64,000 nt of DNA from Gammaproteobacteria bacterium (lineage in GTDB: Bacteria; Pseudomonadota; Gammaproteobacteria; GCA-002705445; GCA-002716945), in contig JAURQW010000008.1 of NCBI GenBank assembly GCA_030835925.1, positions 1,732 through 65,731 of the forward strand. The letters are read 5' to 3'. Made by a program: the position numbers and the translations under genes. Shown here one piece after another: positions 20,256 to 31,070 of this stretch (its first letter is position 1; each line of letters opens with the position of its first letter). Below the pieces are notes generated by a model. The model had not been told where the DNA came from. It did not search any database and saw only the letters and a list, made by a program, of their open reading frames with translations.

Positions 20256-21436
20256 TTACGATTTTAGGATCAACTGGAACAATCGGTATAAATGCATTAT
20301 CTGTGATCTCGAAGATAAAAAAAAGTTATCCTATATTTGCTCTAACTGCTAATAAAAATATTAAATTGTTATTTATGCAAATTAAAAAATACAGGCCAAC
20401 CTATGCTGTCATAGGTGATCAGCTTAATGCAGTTAAATTAAGAAAATTATGCAAGACACATAATATAAATACTAAAATACTTTTTGGCACATCAGGGCTT
20501 ATATATGTCACAGAACACCCTAGGGTTAAAAATGTTTTGTCAGCAATTGTTGGAGCAGCTGCATTAGAACCCACAATCAATGCCATCAAAAATAGCAAGA
20601 ATATACTTTTGGCTAATAAAGAGTCACTGATCATGTCAGGGTCATTAATGATAAAATTAGCACGTAAGAGTGGGTCACTTATAATTCCAGTTGATAGCGA
20701 GCATAATGCTATTTTACAAATAATGAGTACTTATGGCCTTGAATATAATAATTCAACATTAAATCATAAAATTAATCATGTTACATTAACTGCTTCCGGT
20801 GGGCCTTTTTTAAACTTTACGAAGAAACAGCTATTAAAAGTCACACCTAATGAAGCTGTTAAGCACCCGAAATGGAAGATGGGCAAAAAGATTTCTATAG
20901 ACTCAGCAACAATGATGAACAAGGGACTTGAGATCATAGAAGCATCAATTTTGTTTAATCTTGACCCGAAACAGATTAAAGTCCTGATTCATCCTGAAAG
21001 CATAGTTCATGCATTAGTGGCATTTACTGATGGCTCAGTGATATCCCACATGAGCCAACATGATATGAGAGTTGCAATAAGTTATGCTATCTCTTATCCA
21101 GATAGACATAAAATTGATTTAAAAGAATTAAAAAATATCGAGTTTAAATCGTTATCTTTTCAAAAAGTTAAAAAAAATCAATTTAAATGTCTAGATTTAT
21201 GTATAAAAGCACTGAAATTAGGGCATAATGCACCTACAGTATTAAATGCTGCGAATGAGATAGCAGTTGCAAATTTTATTGAAAATAAGATTAATTTTGT
21301 AGATATACCGGTTATAATTGACTATGCATTAAAAAACATGCAACTAGTAAAAAATAGTTCGCTGAAATCAATTTTAGCTTGCGATCAGCAAACAAGAAAG
21401 CAAGTTTCGGATTACATAAAGAATAAATGGAAATAA
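20252..21436 (+). CDS. dxr: 1-deoxy-D-xylulose 5-phosphate reductoisomerase
   Basis: ITILGSTGTIG NADPH-binding start, LANKESL, PVDSEH, HPKWKMG. I prefer the ATG at 20252 (ATGA overlap with the cdsA stop) over the TTG at 20240. Confidence 0.94.
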   Translation: MITILGSTGTIGINALSVISKIKKSYPIFALTANKNIKLLFMQIKKYRPTYAVIGDQLNAVKLRKLCKTHNINTKILFGTSGLIYVTEHPRVKNVLSAIVGAAALEPTINAIKNSKNILLANKESLIMSGSLMIKLARKSGSLIIPVDSEHNAILQIMSTYGLEYNNSTLNHKINHVTLTASGGPFLNFTKKQLLKVTPNEAVKHPKWKMGKKISIDSATMMNKGLEIIEASILFNLDPKQIKVLIHPESIVHALVAFTDGSVISHMSQHDMRVAISYAISYPDRHKIDLKELKNIEFKSLSFQKVKKNQFKCLDLCIKALKLGHNAPTVLNAANEIAVANFIENKINFVDIPVIIDYALKNMQLVKNSSLKSILACDQQTRKQVSDYIKNKWK

Positions 21437-22782
21437 TACAAAGTATAATTGGTTTTTTTATCGCAATAGGTATCTTGGTTACCTTTCATGAGTTTGGTCA
21501 CTTCTACATAGCAAGATTATTCAATGTTAAAGTTTTAAATTTCAGCATCGGTTTTGGAAGGAAGATTTATAAAAGAAAATCCTCTATTGATGGGACAGAA
21601 TATTCTATAGGTTTAATCCCGCTTGGTGGATATGTTAAAATGTTGGAGTCTAGGGAATCAGAAAGTTCGATGGATGTAGGGTTGCTTAATCAATGTTTCG
21701 ATAAACAGTCTGTGTATAAAAAGTTTTTAATTGTTGCTGCAGGCCCGGTTTTTAATTTGATACTAGCTGTAGTTTTCTTTGCGTTTGTTCATTTCGCTGG
21801 AATAACTGGGATGAAGCCTTACATTACATCTATTGATGGTCATGCAATGAAAAGTATCTCAGATATGAATAAATTTGAAATTATACAAGTTAATGGAAAA
21901 AATACAAAAAGATGGCAAGACGTTAGAGTAGAGATTCTTAATGCTGTTGTAAATTCTAAAGAGTTAAAACTTCATGTTAAATCTAATTCTAATGATATTG
22001 AAGTTATTAATTTGAGTTATGATGAAAATATACTCCAATTTGATGGAGATATTATTTCTAATATAGGATTAAATATCAAAACTCCTGAGCTCCCCGCAAT
22101 AATCGGATCTATTGAGGATGATTCACCTGCATCTTTGTCAGGTCTTCAGAAAGGGGATGAAATTGTTTCAGTAAATAATATGGAGGTTACAAATTGGGAA
22201 AACTTTTCATTATATATGAAAGATAATCCTAACAAGATTCTTCAGCTAATTGTTCAAAGAGATGAAGTTGAGGTTGATTTAGTTTTAGTGCCTACGTCAC
22301 GCAATATAAATGAAAAAATTATAGGTTATGCTGGAGTTTCACCTGATACATATTCTCTCAATGATTATCGTATTTTAGTTAAGTATCCATTCTTCGAATC
22401 TATATCTAAGTCATTTATTTTAACCTATGACTTTACAGTATTAACCTTTAAGATGATCTTTGAGCTTTTTACTGGTCAAGCAAACACCAATAATATAAGT
22501 GGTCCGTTGAGTATAGCTGAGTTTTCTGGTAAATCTTTATCAATGGGTGTGGTCTACTTTGCTTATCTACTTGCAATATTAAGCATTAGCCTTGGGGTTT
22601 TAAATTTGTTGCCTATACCAGTGCTCGATGGAGGACATCTAGTGTATTACATTATTGAGATGATCACTGGTCAGCCTGTTTCAGAAAAAATACAGCTTGT
22701 AGCTCAACAATTTGGATTAATAATTCTTCTGGGGATAATGTTATTAGCTTTTTATAATGATTATATGAGGCTCATAAGTTAA
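21427..22782 (+). CDS. rseP: RIP zinc metalloprotease RseP
   Basis: HEFGH zinc motif near the N-terminus. PDZ-like central region. LNLLPIPVLDGGH C-terminal motif. Confidence 0.92.
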   Translation: MEIIQSIIGFFIAIGILVTFHEFGHFYIARLFNVKVLNFSIGFGRKIYKRKSSIDGTEYSIGLIPLGGYVKMLESRESESSMDVGLLNQCFDKQSVYKKFLIVAAGPVFNLILAVVFFAFVHFAGITGMKPYITSIDGHAMKSISDMNKFEIIQVNGKNTKRWQDVRVEILNAVVNSKELKLHVKSNSNDIEVINLSYDENILQFDGDIISNIGLNIKTPELPAIIGSIEDDSPASLSGLQKGDEIVSVNNMEVTNWENFSLYMKDNPNKILQLIVQRDEVEVDLVLVPTSRNINEKIIGYAGVSPDTYSLNDYRILVKYPFFESISKSFILTYDFTVLTFKMIFELFTGQANTNNISGPLSIAEFSGKSLSMGVVYFAYLLAILSISLGVLNLLPIPVLDGGHLVYYIIEMITGQPVSEKIQLVAQQFGLIILLGIMLLAFYNDYMRLIS

Positions 22783-25172
22783 TGGTTAAGAATATTATAT
22801 TGACACTGCTATTAACTCCTTTTTTACTATCTAATTATGTATTAGCTGAAGAAGAAAACCCTGATCAGCAGCTTTCTATCTCAAAAATAATCATTCAGGG
22901 CAATAAACGTGTTTCTGATGACACGATTCTTTCCTATGCTAATATCTCTAAAGGAGATAAAATTACATCTGCATTGATTCAAAATGTGATTAAAAGACTC
23001 TATGAAACCAAATATTTCGATGACATTTCTGTTACTCAAAAATTTAATGATTTAATAATCTCTGTTTTAGAAAAACCTATTGTTTCTAATATTATTGTTA
23101 CTGATAACAACATAATTGAAGATGAGGATATCCTAACAGCATTAGAAGATGTAGGAATATCAAGAACTCAACCATACGATAAGAACATATTTGATAAGAT
23201 TGAGCAAGAGTTAGTAAGACTATACTTTGATAGAGGAAGATACAATGCTTCTATCAAAACAAAAATCAATCAACTAGAGAGGAATCGAGTAAGTTTAGAG
23301 TTAATAATAAAAGAAGGCGAAGCCTCTACGATTAAAGAAATAAATATTATTGGTAATAAAGCATATGATAATGAAAAAATTCTAGGCATTATGGATTTGG
23401 GCACAAAATATTTTTTTGAGTTTTGGTCTTCAAAGGATACATATTCAAGTTCAATATTACGATCTGATATTTCCAAAATTGAAAATTATTACTTTGATCG
23501 AGGATATGTAAGGTTTCGAGTTATATCAAACCAAGTAAATTTATCTAACAATAATAAAGATATTATTATTACTATAAATATAGATGAAGGCGATAAGTAT
23601 GAATTTGGTGATCTAAAGTTATTTGGTAATAGTGTGCTTTCTAAAATAGATGTGATTAATAATGTATCTTCTATAATCTTACCAAAGCAAACCTTTTCGA
23701 GAGGTAAGTTAAAACAATCTGAAGATATTATTTCTTATATGTTAGGTAATGCAGGTTTCGCTTTTCCAGAAGTTCGGGCAATACCTATTGTAGATGACGC
23801 GACAAAGATAGTTGATGTGGAATTCAGAATTACTCCTGGACAAAAAAGTATGGTTAGAAGAATTAATATAGTAGGTAATGATAATACAAATGATGAGGTT
23901 TATAGAAGAGAGTTACGTCAGTTTGAATCTTCGCTGCATGATAATGCTAAAATAGAGAGATCAAAAATTAGATTACAAAGATTGAAATTTGTTGAAAATG
24001 TTAATGTTGAAAAAACAAGAGTATCTAATTCAAGTGATCTTGTTGATATCACGTTCAAAATTAAAGAGAGAAAGGCTGGAGAATTTAAAGTAAGTGCTGG
24101 TTGGTCTGATACTGATGGAGCTATTTTTGATATTGACCTCCAGCAAGATAACTTTCTTGGTATTGGAAAAAATGTTGGATTAAAAGCCTCTAAAAGTACA
24201 GTTAATACATCATTGCGTTTTTTATTAACTGACCCGTTTTATACTTCTGATGGTGTCAGTAGAACAGTAAATGCAGTAATAAGCCAAACAGATGTTAGCG
24301 GAACATCAACTTCATCATATCTTTCTGATGTTTTAGGTGGAGGAGTACTTTATAATATGCCGGTATCTGAAACCTCAACATTTGGTATTGGTTATGATTT
24401 GACTTATACAGATTTCACAACAACAGCTTTTTCTCCAATTATAGTTACTCATCATATTGCAGATCATGGGAATACTGCATTTGGTTTGTCTCTAAAGGGG
24501 AGTTATATTTCAGATACTAGAAATAGGACGATTTTTGCTGAAACTGGAATGTTAAATTCTATAACAACAGAACTCTTTTTAGGAATAGAAGGGGCATCCC
24601 ACGCGTCAATGATGTACAAAACAGAAACTAACAAGGGGTATATATTGAAAACATTTGGATTTGATTGGCCAACTGTACTGCAGGCTAAAACAGTTTTAGG
24701 ATTGGGTGTGGGACTTGGATCGGCTACATCGTTACCTTTTTATAATAAATTTTTTGCTGGCGGCAATTCAACTGTTCGAGGTTTTAAAGGTTCTAGCTTA
24801 GGGCCATTAACTTATAATGCAGGGAGAGGGCAAGATACATGTGCCGCGAGAGCCGTGCCAGGTACTTTTATTGAGTGTGATGCTGTAGGAGGAGACTTTT
24901 TGACTGCTGCACAATTTAATTGGATATTCTCCCCACCAGCTTTTTTAGGGGAAGATACGAGATCGTTAAGATCTACATTATTTGTTGATGTTGGAAACGT
25001 ATTTGAGAAAATTAATAACTTCGATTACAATGAGCTAAGAGCAAGTATCGGGATAGAGTTTAATGTCCTTACGCCAATTGGTGGTGTAACCGTAGGTTTT
25101 GTTGATACATTAAAATCTGAAGAAGGCGATGATACTCAAGAAGTAGTATTTCAATTAGGAGGAAATTTTTAA
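22782..25172 (+). CDS. bamA: outer membrane protein assembly factor BamA
   Basis: 796 aa with a signal peptide. POTRA-like repeats (IIQGNKRVSDDTI..., INIIGNKAYDNEKI..., INIVGNDNTNDEVYRREL). Barrel loop-6 motif FFAGGNSTVRGF. Confidence 0.93.
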   Translation: MVKNIILTLLLTPFLLSNYVLAEEENPDQQLSISKIIIQGNKRVSDDTILSYANISKGDKITSALIQNVIKRLYETKYFDDISVTQKFNDLIISVLEKPIVSNIIVTDNNIIEDEDILTALEDVGISRTQPYDKNIFDKIEQELVRLYFDRGRYNASIKTKINQLERNRVSLELIIKEGEASTIKEINIIGNKAYDNEKILGIMDLGTKYFFEFWSSKDTYSSSILRSDISKIENYYFDRGYVRFRVISNQVNLSNNNKDIIITINIDEGDKYEFGDLKLFGNSVLSKIDVINNVSSIILPKQTFSRGKLKQSEDIISYMLGNAGFAFPEVRAIPIVDDATKIVDVEFRITPGQKSMVRRINIVGNDNTNDEVYRRELRQFESSLHDNAKIERSKIRLQRLKFVENVNVEKTRVSNSSDLVDITFKIKERKAGEFKVSAGWSDTDGAIFDIDLQQDNFLGIGKNVGLKASKSTVNTSLRFLLTDPFYTSDGVSRTVNAVISQTDVSGTSTSSYLSDVLGGGVLYNMPVSETSTFGIGYDLTYTDFTTTAFSPIIVTHHIADHGNTAFGLSLKGSYISDTRNRTIFAETGMLNSITTELFLGIEGASHASMMYKTETNKGYILKTFGFDWPTVLQAKTVLGLGVGLGSATSLPFYNKFFAGGNSTVRGFKGSSLGPLTYNAGRGQDTCAARAVPGTFIECDAVGGDFLTAAQFNWIFSPPAFLGEDTRSLRSTLFVDVGNVFEKINNFDYNELRASIGIEFNVLTPIGGVTVGFVDTLKSEEGDDTQEVVFQLGGNF

Positions 25173-25174
25173 AG

Positions 25175-25684
25175 ATGTTTAATAATAAATATACATATCT
25201 AGGATTGATTTTTTTAATGTCTTCATTTTTATCTAATCCAGTATCAGCTGAACTTAAAATGGGAATTGTGAACTTAGATAATCTGTTTAAACAAATTCCT
25301 ATTTACCGTGAATCTCAAGAAAAAGTTAAAAAACAATTTGACCCAAGGGCTAGAAACTTAAAAACTCTTGAACAAGAATGGAGTAACTTAAATGATGATT
25401 ATCTTAAGAATGAAGCAGTAATGTCAGAAAAAGAAAAAAGTGCGCTTGTTAAAAAGATACAGAATATTGAAAATAAATTTAGAACTGGTCAAGAAAAAAT
25501 ACAAGCAGATCTTCAAAAGGTTCAACAAGAAGAATTGTCTAAAATTAGACTTATAGTTGAGACTGCAATAAATGAATATGCTGAAGAGAATGATTTTGAT
25601 ATCATAATCAGAGCTGATGGAACAACATTGTATGCAAAAAAATATATAAATATCACCCAAGAGATTATCTCTAAACTTCAATAA
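25175..25684 (+). CDS. skp: periplasmic chaperone Skp (OmpH)
   Basis: 169 aa. Signal peptide ending VSA. K/E/Q-rich coiled-coil body. Conserved slot between bamA and lpxD. Confidence 0.82.
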   Translation: MFNNKYTYLGLIFLMSSFLSNPVSAELKMGIVNLDNLFKQIPIYRESQEKVKKQFDPRARNLKTLEQEWSNLNDDYLKNEAVMSEKEKSALVKKIQNIENKFRTGQEKIQADLQKVQQEELSKIRLIVETAINEYAEENDFDIIIRADGTTLYAKKYINITQEIISKLQ

Positions 25685-26640
25685 TGAAGCTTAAAAAAAA
25701 ATATTCTTTACAAGAAATATCTAAAACTTATAAATGCGTTGTGATAGGAGACTTATCTATTGAGATTGATTCAGTTTGCAGCTTAACTAATAGTAAGAAG
25801 AAATCATTATCATATATTTCTGATGATAAACATATATCTTCGATTGATTATTCTAATTTAGACTGTTTAATTACTAATAAAGAGATCAGCTCTTTGATTG
25901 ATGAAAAAAGTTTATCTTTGATTATCCATGATAATCCTTTGTTAGTATTTTCAAAATTAATAAATGATTCTCTCGATCTTTCTAAAAGTTCTTTATTTTT
26001 AACTGAACCTAAAGTTGGCTTATTTCCTGATAGTACTTTAATAGGTAATAATGTATCCATTGGAAGCAATGTTACCATTGGAGAAAACTGTATCATATAT
26101 CCTAATAGCACGTTGAATGATGGAACAGTCATAGGAAATAATGTAGTAGTCCATCCTGGAGCAGTAATTGGTTCAGACGGCTTTGGATTAGTTCAAGAAA
26201 AAGGTAAATGGATAAAAGTCCCGCACATAGGTAATGTGGTTATTAATGATGATGTTGAAATTGGTGCTAATACAACAATTGATAGAGGCACTCTGGATAG
26301 CACAGTGATATCAAATAATGTAAAAATTGATAATCTTGTACATATTGCTCATAATGTATTCATTGGGGAAAATACAGCTATCGCGGCTTGTGTAGGCATT
26401 GCTGGAAGTACATCAATAGGTAAAAATTGTACTATTGGTGGTGGTTCAGGAATAAATGGACATATTACTATTGTAGACAATGTTCATATTCATGGAATGA
26501 CTATGGTTACTAAATCAATTAATAAAGAGGGGATGTATGCTTCCGGAACAACAGTTGAACCAGTCGCTACTTGGAGAAAAAATCAAGCTAGATTTAAAGA
26601 ATTAGATCAGCTAGCAAAAGCTATAAAAAAAATAACATAA
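25684..26640 (+). CDS. lpxD: UDP-3-O-acylglucosamine N-acyltransferase
   Basis: Left-handed beta-helix hexapeptide repeats ([23 protein letters not shown]...). GFG...[25 protein letters not shown]. Conserved position. Confidence 0.92.
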   Translation: MKLKKKYSLQEISKTYKCVVIGDLSIEIDSVCSLTNSKKKSLSYISDDKHISSIDYSNLDCLITNKEISSLIDEKSLSLIIHDNPLLVFSKLINDSLDLSKSSLFLTEPKVGLFPDSTLIGNNVSIGSNVTIGENCIIYPNSTLNDGTVIGNNVVVHPGAVIGSDGFGLVQEKGKWIKVPHIGNVVINDDVEIGANTTIDRGTLDSTVISNNVKIDNLVHIAHNVFIGENTAIAACVGIAGSTSIGKNCTIGGGSGINGHITIVDNVHIHGMTMVTKSINKEGMYASGTTVEPVATWRKNQARFKELDQLAKAIKKIT

Positions 26641-26652
26641 AATGGAGCGTAC

Positions 26653-27087
26653 ATGAGCAATAAAGATATACAAAACTATTTACCACATAGATACCCATTT
26701 CTCTTAATTGATAAGATTATCGATTTCAAAAAGCATGATTATTTAATTGCTCAAAAAAATGTTAGTAATAATGAACCGTTTTTTCAAGGTCATTTTCCAG
26801 GATATCCAGTCTTTCCTGGTGTTCTAATTCTAGAGGCTATGGCGCAAGCTACGGCATTACTGGATTTTAAAAGTAATGAAAGACCAAAAGATAATCTATT
26901 ATATTATTTTGTCGGTATAGACAAAGCGAGATTTAAAAAACCTGTAGTTCCAGGAGATATTTTAATTATAGATGTAAAACTTAATCAGAGTAAAAGAGAT
27001 GTTCATAAGTTTACCGCCTCCAGTAAAGTTGATGAAAAAATTGTTTGCTCAGCAGAGTTAATTGGCGCTGTTAGAGAGAAAGAATGA
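26653..27087 (+). CDS. fabZ: 3-hydroxyacyl-ACP dehydratase FabZ
   Basis: [13 protein letters not shown] and [23 protein letters not shown]. Confidence 0.96.
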   Translation: MSNKDIQNYLPHRYPFLLIDKIIDFKKHDYLIAQKNVSNNEPFFQGHFPGYPVFPGVLILEAMAQATALLDFKSNERPKDNLLYYFVGIDKARFKKPVVPGDILIIDVKLNQSKRDVHKFTASSKVDEKIVCSAELIGAVREKE

Positions 27088-27854
27088 TTCATCCTACAGC
27101 TATTATATCCAAATCAGCTAAAATAGATTCATCTGTAGAAATTGGGCCTTATTCTGTAATTCATGATAATGTCAAGATTGATAGCAATACTGTGGTCGAG
27201 TCTCATGTAGTAATTAAAAACTATACAACTATTGGAAAAAACAATCATATTTATCAGTTCGCCTCAATAGGTGAGGATCCACAGGATCTCAAGTATAAAG
27301 GGGAGGATTCTAAATTAATTATAGGAGATAATAATATCTTTAGAGAATATTCTACAGTTAATCGCGGTACAGTAACGGGTATTAATAAAACTATTATTGG
27401 TTCGAACAATTTATTCATGGCCTATACACATGTAGCGCATGATTGTGTCATCAAAGACGACTGTATACTATCTAATGCCGCGTCTTTAGCTGGACATGTA
27501 ACGCTGGGCAAAAGTGTTTCATTAGGAGGATTTACATTGGTACATCAGTTTTGTGATATTGGTGACTATGCATTCAGCGGATTAGGAACAGTTATCTCTA
27601 GAGACGTCACGCCATTCACATTAGTTGCTGGTAATCATGCTCAAGCATATAAAATTAATTCGGCAGGATTAAAAAGAAAAGGATTCTCAGACGAAGTAAT
27701 AAGATCATTAGAAAAAACATTTAAGTTGTTTGTTAAATCTAAATCAAATAGATCGCAAGTTAATGAGTCTTTTAAAAAATTAGACATTGACTGTCAAGAA
27801 GTTAAATATTTTATTGATTTTGTAAATAGTAGTGAAAGAGGTATAACTAGATAA
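27084..27854 (+). CDS. lpxA: UDP-N-acetylglucosamine (or UDP-GlcNAc3N) acyltransferase LpxA
   Basis: [26 protein letters not shown] hexapeptide start. [22 protein letters not shown]. Conserved position after fabZ. Confidence 0.93.
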   Translation: MIHPTAIISKSAKIDSSVEIGPYSVIHDNVKIDSNTVVESHVVIKNYTTIGKNNHIYQFASIGEDPQDLKYKGEDSKLIIGDNNIFREYSTVNRGTVTGINKTIIGSNNLFMAYTHVAHDCVIKDDCILSNAASLAGHVTLGKSVSLGGFTLVHQFCDIGDYAFSGLGTVISRDVTPFTLVAGNHAQAYKINSAGLKRKGFSDEVIRSLEKTFKLFVKSKSNRSQVNESFKKLDIDCQEVKYFIDFVNSSERGITR

Positions 27855-28991
27855 CTATCCAATCATTTCTTCTGCTAGATTAGCTAGATTTTTGGCAGCA
27901 CCTGGTTGCAAGTTATTTCGTATTTCATTATATCCAGATATTATTTCATTCCTATACTTAGTATCTTTATCTATTTTTTGTAATTCAACCATAACTTGTA
28001 CCTCATCGTTATAATCAGGTTGAATAAACTCTTGTACAATCGGTTTTGAACCGAGATCTTCTCCCAGGATTAAATTTACCAAGCCTATATATTTTACTTT
28101 AACCATACTTTTCATAATAATATAGGTTATAAAAGCGAGCTTATACATTATAACCATCGGAATATTCAATAGAGCTAACTCTAGAGTAATGGTGCCTGAT
28201 GCTGTAATTGCTCTTTTGCACTTTGTTATTTCTTCAATATTCTTACCATCAGCAAGAGTTTTTTCCCAACCTTTCGGCAGTAGACTAAGAATCTTCTTTT
28301 TCGCTGTACAATTTGAATAAAATATTTTAATATTTTTATCCATTATATTTTCATCTTTAGATAGTTTTATACAATTCAACATTACGTGCAGGTTGTTTTT
28401 GATCTCTGAATCTCTGCTGCCAGGAAATATTCCTATATCAATACTTTTATCATTATAATTATTAAAGTTAACTTTAAATTTAGGATTATCTGCAAGAGGA
28501 TGCCCTACATATGTAACATTATCCGTATACTTTTTAAAAAGCTTTTCTTCAAATGGGAATATAACAGCTAAGTGGTCAACTGCTTTTATAATTTTTTCAA
28601 TACGCTTTTCTCTCCATGCCCATACCTGAGGCGCTATATAAAACAAAACTTTTATGCCTTTAGATTTTGCATAATTAGCTATTTTAAGATTAAATTCTAC
28701 ATAATCTACTAAGATTATTAAATCAGGCTTCGTATCATCAATATGTCTATAAGCAATATTCAGTGCTTTTAGAATTTTATTATATTTTGATATTACTTCA
28801 ATTATCCCTACAACTGATATTTCTTCGGAATTAAATATTACCTCAGCACTGGTCTTCTTTATTTCAGTTTGACCAATTGCCGAGAACTTGATATTTGAAT
28901 TAAGTAACTCATGCGCAGTTATGTATTTAGCAGCATGTTGATCGCCAGATGATTCTCCTGCAATTATAAATATTTTTTTTTGCCTTATCAT
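27855..28991 (-). CDS. lpxB: lipid-A-disaccharide synthase
   Basis: 378 aa. IAGESSGD N-terminal motif. YIAPQVWAWREKR. It is on the opposite strand to the rest of the lpx cluster, and its stop abuts the lpxA stop with 0 nt between them. Confidence 0.9.
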   Translation of the reverse strand: MIRQKKIFIIAGESSGDQHAAKYITAHELLNSNIKFSAIGQTEIKKTSAEVIFNSEEISVVGIIEVISKYNKILKALNIAYRHIDDTKPDLIILVDYVEFNLKIANYAKSKGIKVLFYIAPQVWAWREKRIEKIIKAVDHLAVIFPFEEKLFKKYTDNVTYVGHPLADNPKFKVNFNNYNDKSIDIGIFPGSRDSEIKNNLHVMLNCIKLSKDENIMDKNIKIFYSNCTAKKKILSLLPKGWEKTLADGKNIEEITKCKRAITASGTITLELALLNIPMVIMYKLAFITYIIMKSMVKVKYIGLVNLILGEDLGSKPIVQEFIQPDYNDEVQVMVELQKIDKDTKYRNEIISGYNEIRNNLQPGAAKNLANLAEEMIG

Positions 28992-30085
28992 TTGTATTTA
29001 TTAATCACTTCTACTATTTTATTGAAACTATTTTTATCCAACTCTGGGTAGATTGGGATAGAAATACACTCTTTTGTAATTTTATTAACATTGGAAAGAT
29101 TGCACTTATAATTAAAGTCTTTAAATGCTTTTTGCTTATATATTGGTATAGGATAATATATTCCATATGGGACACTATGCTTCTCCAAATGAGCTATAAA
29201 CCTCGTTCTTTTTTTAACCCTCAAGGTAAATTGGTTGTAAACATGATAACTATTTTCTGCCTGATAAGGAACTTTAACGTTTTTATTATTAATAAGCTTT
29301 TTATAATTCTCTGCTATTTTTATTCGTGAGTCATTTAGTTTGTCAATTATTTTAAGTTTTGTAACTAATATAGAAGCTTGAATTTCATCTAGTCTTGAAT
29401 TATAACCAACGTATTCATGAATATTTCTTATTAGCCCGCCATGATTCCTTAGTTTTTTAAGCATCTTAGATTTCCCAAGGTTATTTGTTACAATCATACC
29501 TCCGTCTCCAGCACAACCTAAGTTTTTTGTCGGAAAAAAGCTGTAGCATCCAAAGTCACCAAATGTCCCAGTATATTTACCATTATATTTAGCCCCAAAA
29601 GACTGTGCACAATCTTCGATCAATGCAATTTTATTTTTTTTACATATATTTCTGATTTTAGTTATTTCACACGATTGTCCATATAAATGAACCGGCATTA
29701 TAGCTTTGGTTTTCTTGCTAATGAGTCTTTCTATTAATTTATAATTAATATTAAATGTGTGAGGATTAATGTCAGCAAATATTGGCTTAGCCCCTACCAA
29801 AGCTATCACTTCAGCTGTGGCAAAATAAGTAAAAGGTGTCGTGATAACCTCGTCACCTTTTTTAATACCAAGTGCTCTTAAAGAGAGTAGAAGCGCATCT
29901 GTTCCAGAGTTACATGATATTGCATACTTGGCGCCTACATGTTTTGCAAAATTCTCCTCTAATAACTTTACATTATTCCCAAGAATGTACTGACCTGAGC
30001 TCAAGATATTTGTCACATTTTTATTGATTTCTTTAGCAATAGTTTTATATTGTTCTTTTAAATCAAATATTTTAATTTTAGTCAT
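28988..30085 (-). CDS. DegT/DnrJ/EryC1-family PLP-dependent sugar aminotransferase; GnnB-like (UDP-3-keto-GlcNAc transaminase) by context
   Basis: 365 aa. NSGTDALLL, PLP-lysine context SFFPTKNLG, LRNHGG. 4-nt overlaps with the oxidoreductase upstream and lpxB downstream. The family call is solid; GnnB specificity is inferred from context. Confidence 0.7.
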   Translation of the reverse strand: MTKIKIFDLKEQYKTIAKEINKNVTNILSSGQYILGNNVKLLEENFAKHVGAKYAISCNSGTDALLLSLRALGIKKGDEVITTPFTYFATAEVIALVGAKPIFADINPHTFNINYKLIERLISKKTKAIMPVHLYGQSCEITKIRNICKKNKIALIEDCAQSFGAKYNGKYTGTFGDFGCYSFFPTKNLGCAGDGGMIVTNNLGKSKMLKKLRNHGGLIRNIHEYVGYNSRLDEIQASILVTKLKIIDKLNDSRIKIAENYKKLINNKNVKVPYQAENSYHVYNQFTLRVKKRTRFIAHLEKHSVPYGIYYPIPIYKQKAFKDFNYKCNLSNVNKITKECISIPIYPELDKNSFNKIVEVINKYK

Positions 30086-31005
30086 AATAATTTTGAAATC
30101 GTAGTAGCTGTTTTAACAGCATTTAACCCCTGTTCTCCATCAACTAAGGGTTTATCTTTGCCAATACATGACAGTATGAAGTTATTAATTTCGTCTTTCA
30201 AGGAATCTGCTTTTTCATATGTATACTCTTTATAATTGAATAAGCCATTTTTTGACTTGAGAGTCTTATTATATCTTTTTATGCTGGAATTCATAAAATC
30301 TACAGAATAGTATTTATCTCTCTGAAATATTCTGACTTTCCTCTCATTTTTCTGACTAATTCTGCTTGCTGTTAGGTTAGCAACCGCACCGCCTACGAAC
30401 TCAATTCTAACATTAGCAATATCCGTACTGTTAGTTATTATTTTTTTACCAAAAGCAGAGATCTTTTTTATCTTATCCTTTATTAAACTGGTCACTATAT
30501 CAATATCATGTATCATCAGGTCAAATATTACATTCACATCTGTCGATCTTGGGTTAAACTTAGCTAATCTATGCACTTCGATAAAAACTGGGTTTTTAAC
30601 ATCTTGATTAAGCTTTTTCATCACAGGGTTGAACCTCTCGAGATGTCCTGCTTGAAGTATAACTCTGTTCTTTTTAGCAAGTAATAGTAATTTCTCAGCC
30701 TGCGAAACTGTCTGAGTCATAGGCTTCTCAATAAGCACATGTTTCTTATTAGATAAAAAATATTTAGCTATTTCATAATGAGAGGCTGTAGGAGTTACTA
30801 TCGAAACCGCATCAATATCATTCAGTATCTCTTTATAATCATTAGTTATTGCTATATTCTCAATAATACTGAGGTTCTTGTTTTTGAGGTTATTATCTAC
30901 AATCCATTTAGTTGTGCAATTTTTGTGAGATAGAAACTTTTCTAGATGAAATTTACCTAGATAGCCAACACCAATAACGGCAATATTAATTTTATTTCTT
31001 TTCAT
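30082..31005 (-). CDS. Gfo/Idh/MocA-family NAD-dependent oxidoreductase; GnnA-like (UDP-GlcNAc 3-dehydrogenase) by context
   Basis: Rossmann start KINIAVIGVGYLGKFH and EKP motif (VLIEKPM). I prefer the ATG at 31005; the track start at 31050 is a TTG that adds a Y/K-rich leader. First gene of a three-gene minus-strand operon ending in lpxB. Confidence 0.65.
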   Translation of the reverse strand: MKRNKINIAVIGVGYLGKFHLEKFLSHKNCTTKWIVDNNLKNKNLSIIENIAITNDYKEILNDIDAVSIVTPTASHYEIAKYFLSNKKHVLIEKPMTQTVSQAEKLLLLAKKNRVILQAGHLERFNPVMKKLNQDVKNPVFIEVHRLAKFNPRSTDVNVIFDLMIHDIDIVTSLIKDKIKKISAFGKKIITNSTDIANVRIEFVGGAVANLTASRISQKNERKVRIFQRDKYYSVDFMNSSIKRYNKTLKSKNGLFNYKEYTYEKADSLKDEINNFILSCIGKDKPLVDGEQGLNAVKTATTISKLL

Positions 31006-31013
31006 ATGGAGTA

Positions 31014-31043
31014 TTGATTTATATTTTTTGTTATATTTATAAT
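31014..31043 (+). promoter_or_regulatory. candidate sigma70 promoter for rnhB-dnaE (TTGATT-18 nt-TATAAT)
   Basis: TTGATT at 31014-31019 and a perfect TATAAT at 31038-31043 in the 65-bp divergent gap. rnhB ATG is at 31071. This is a motif match only. Confidence 0.4.
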
Positions 31044-31070
31044 ATCTCAATTATATATAGTGAACTAGTT

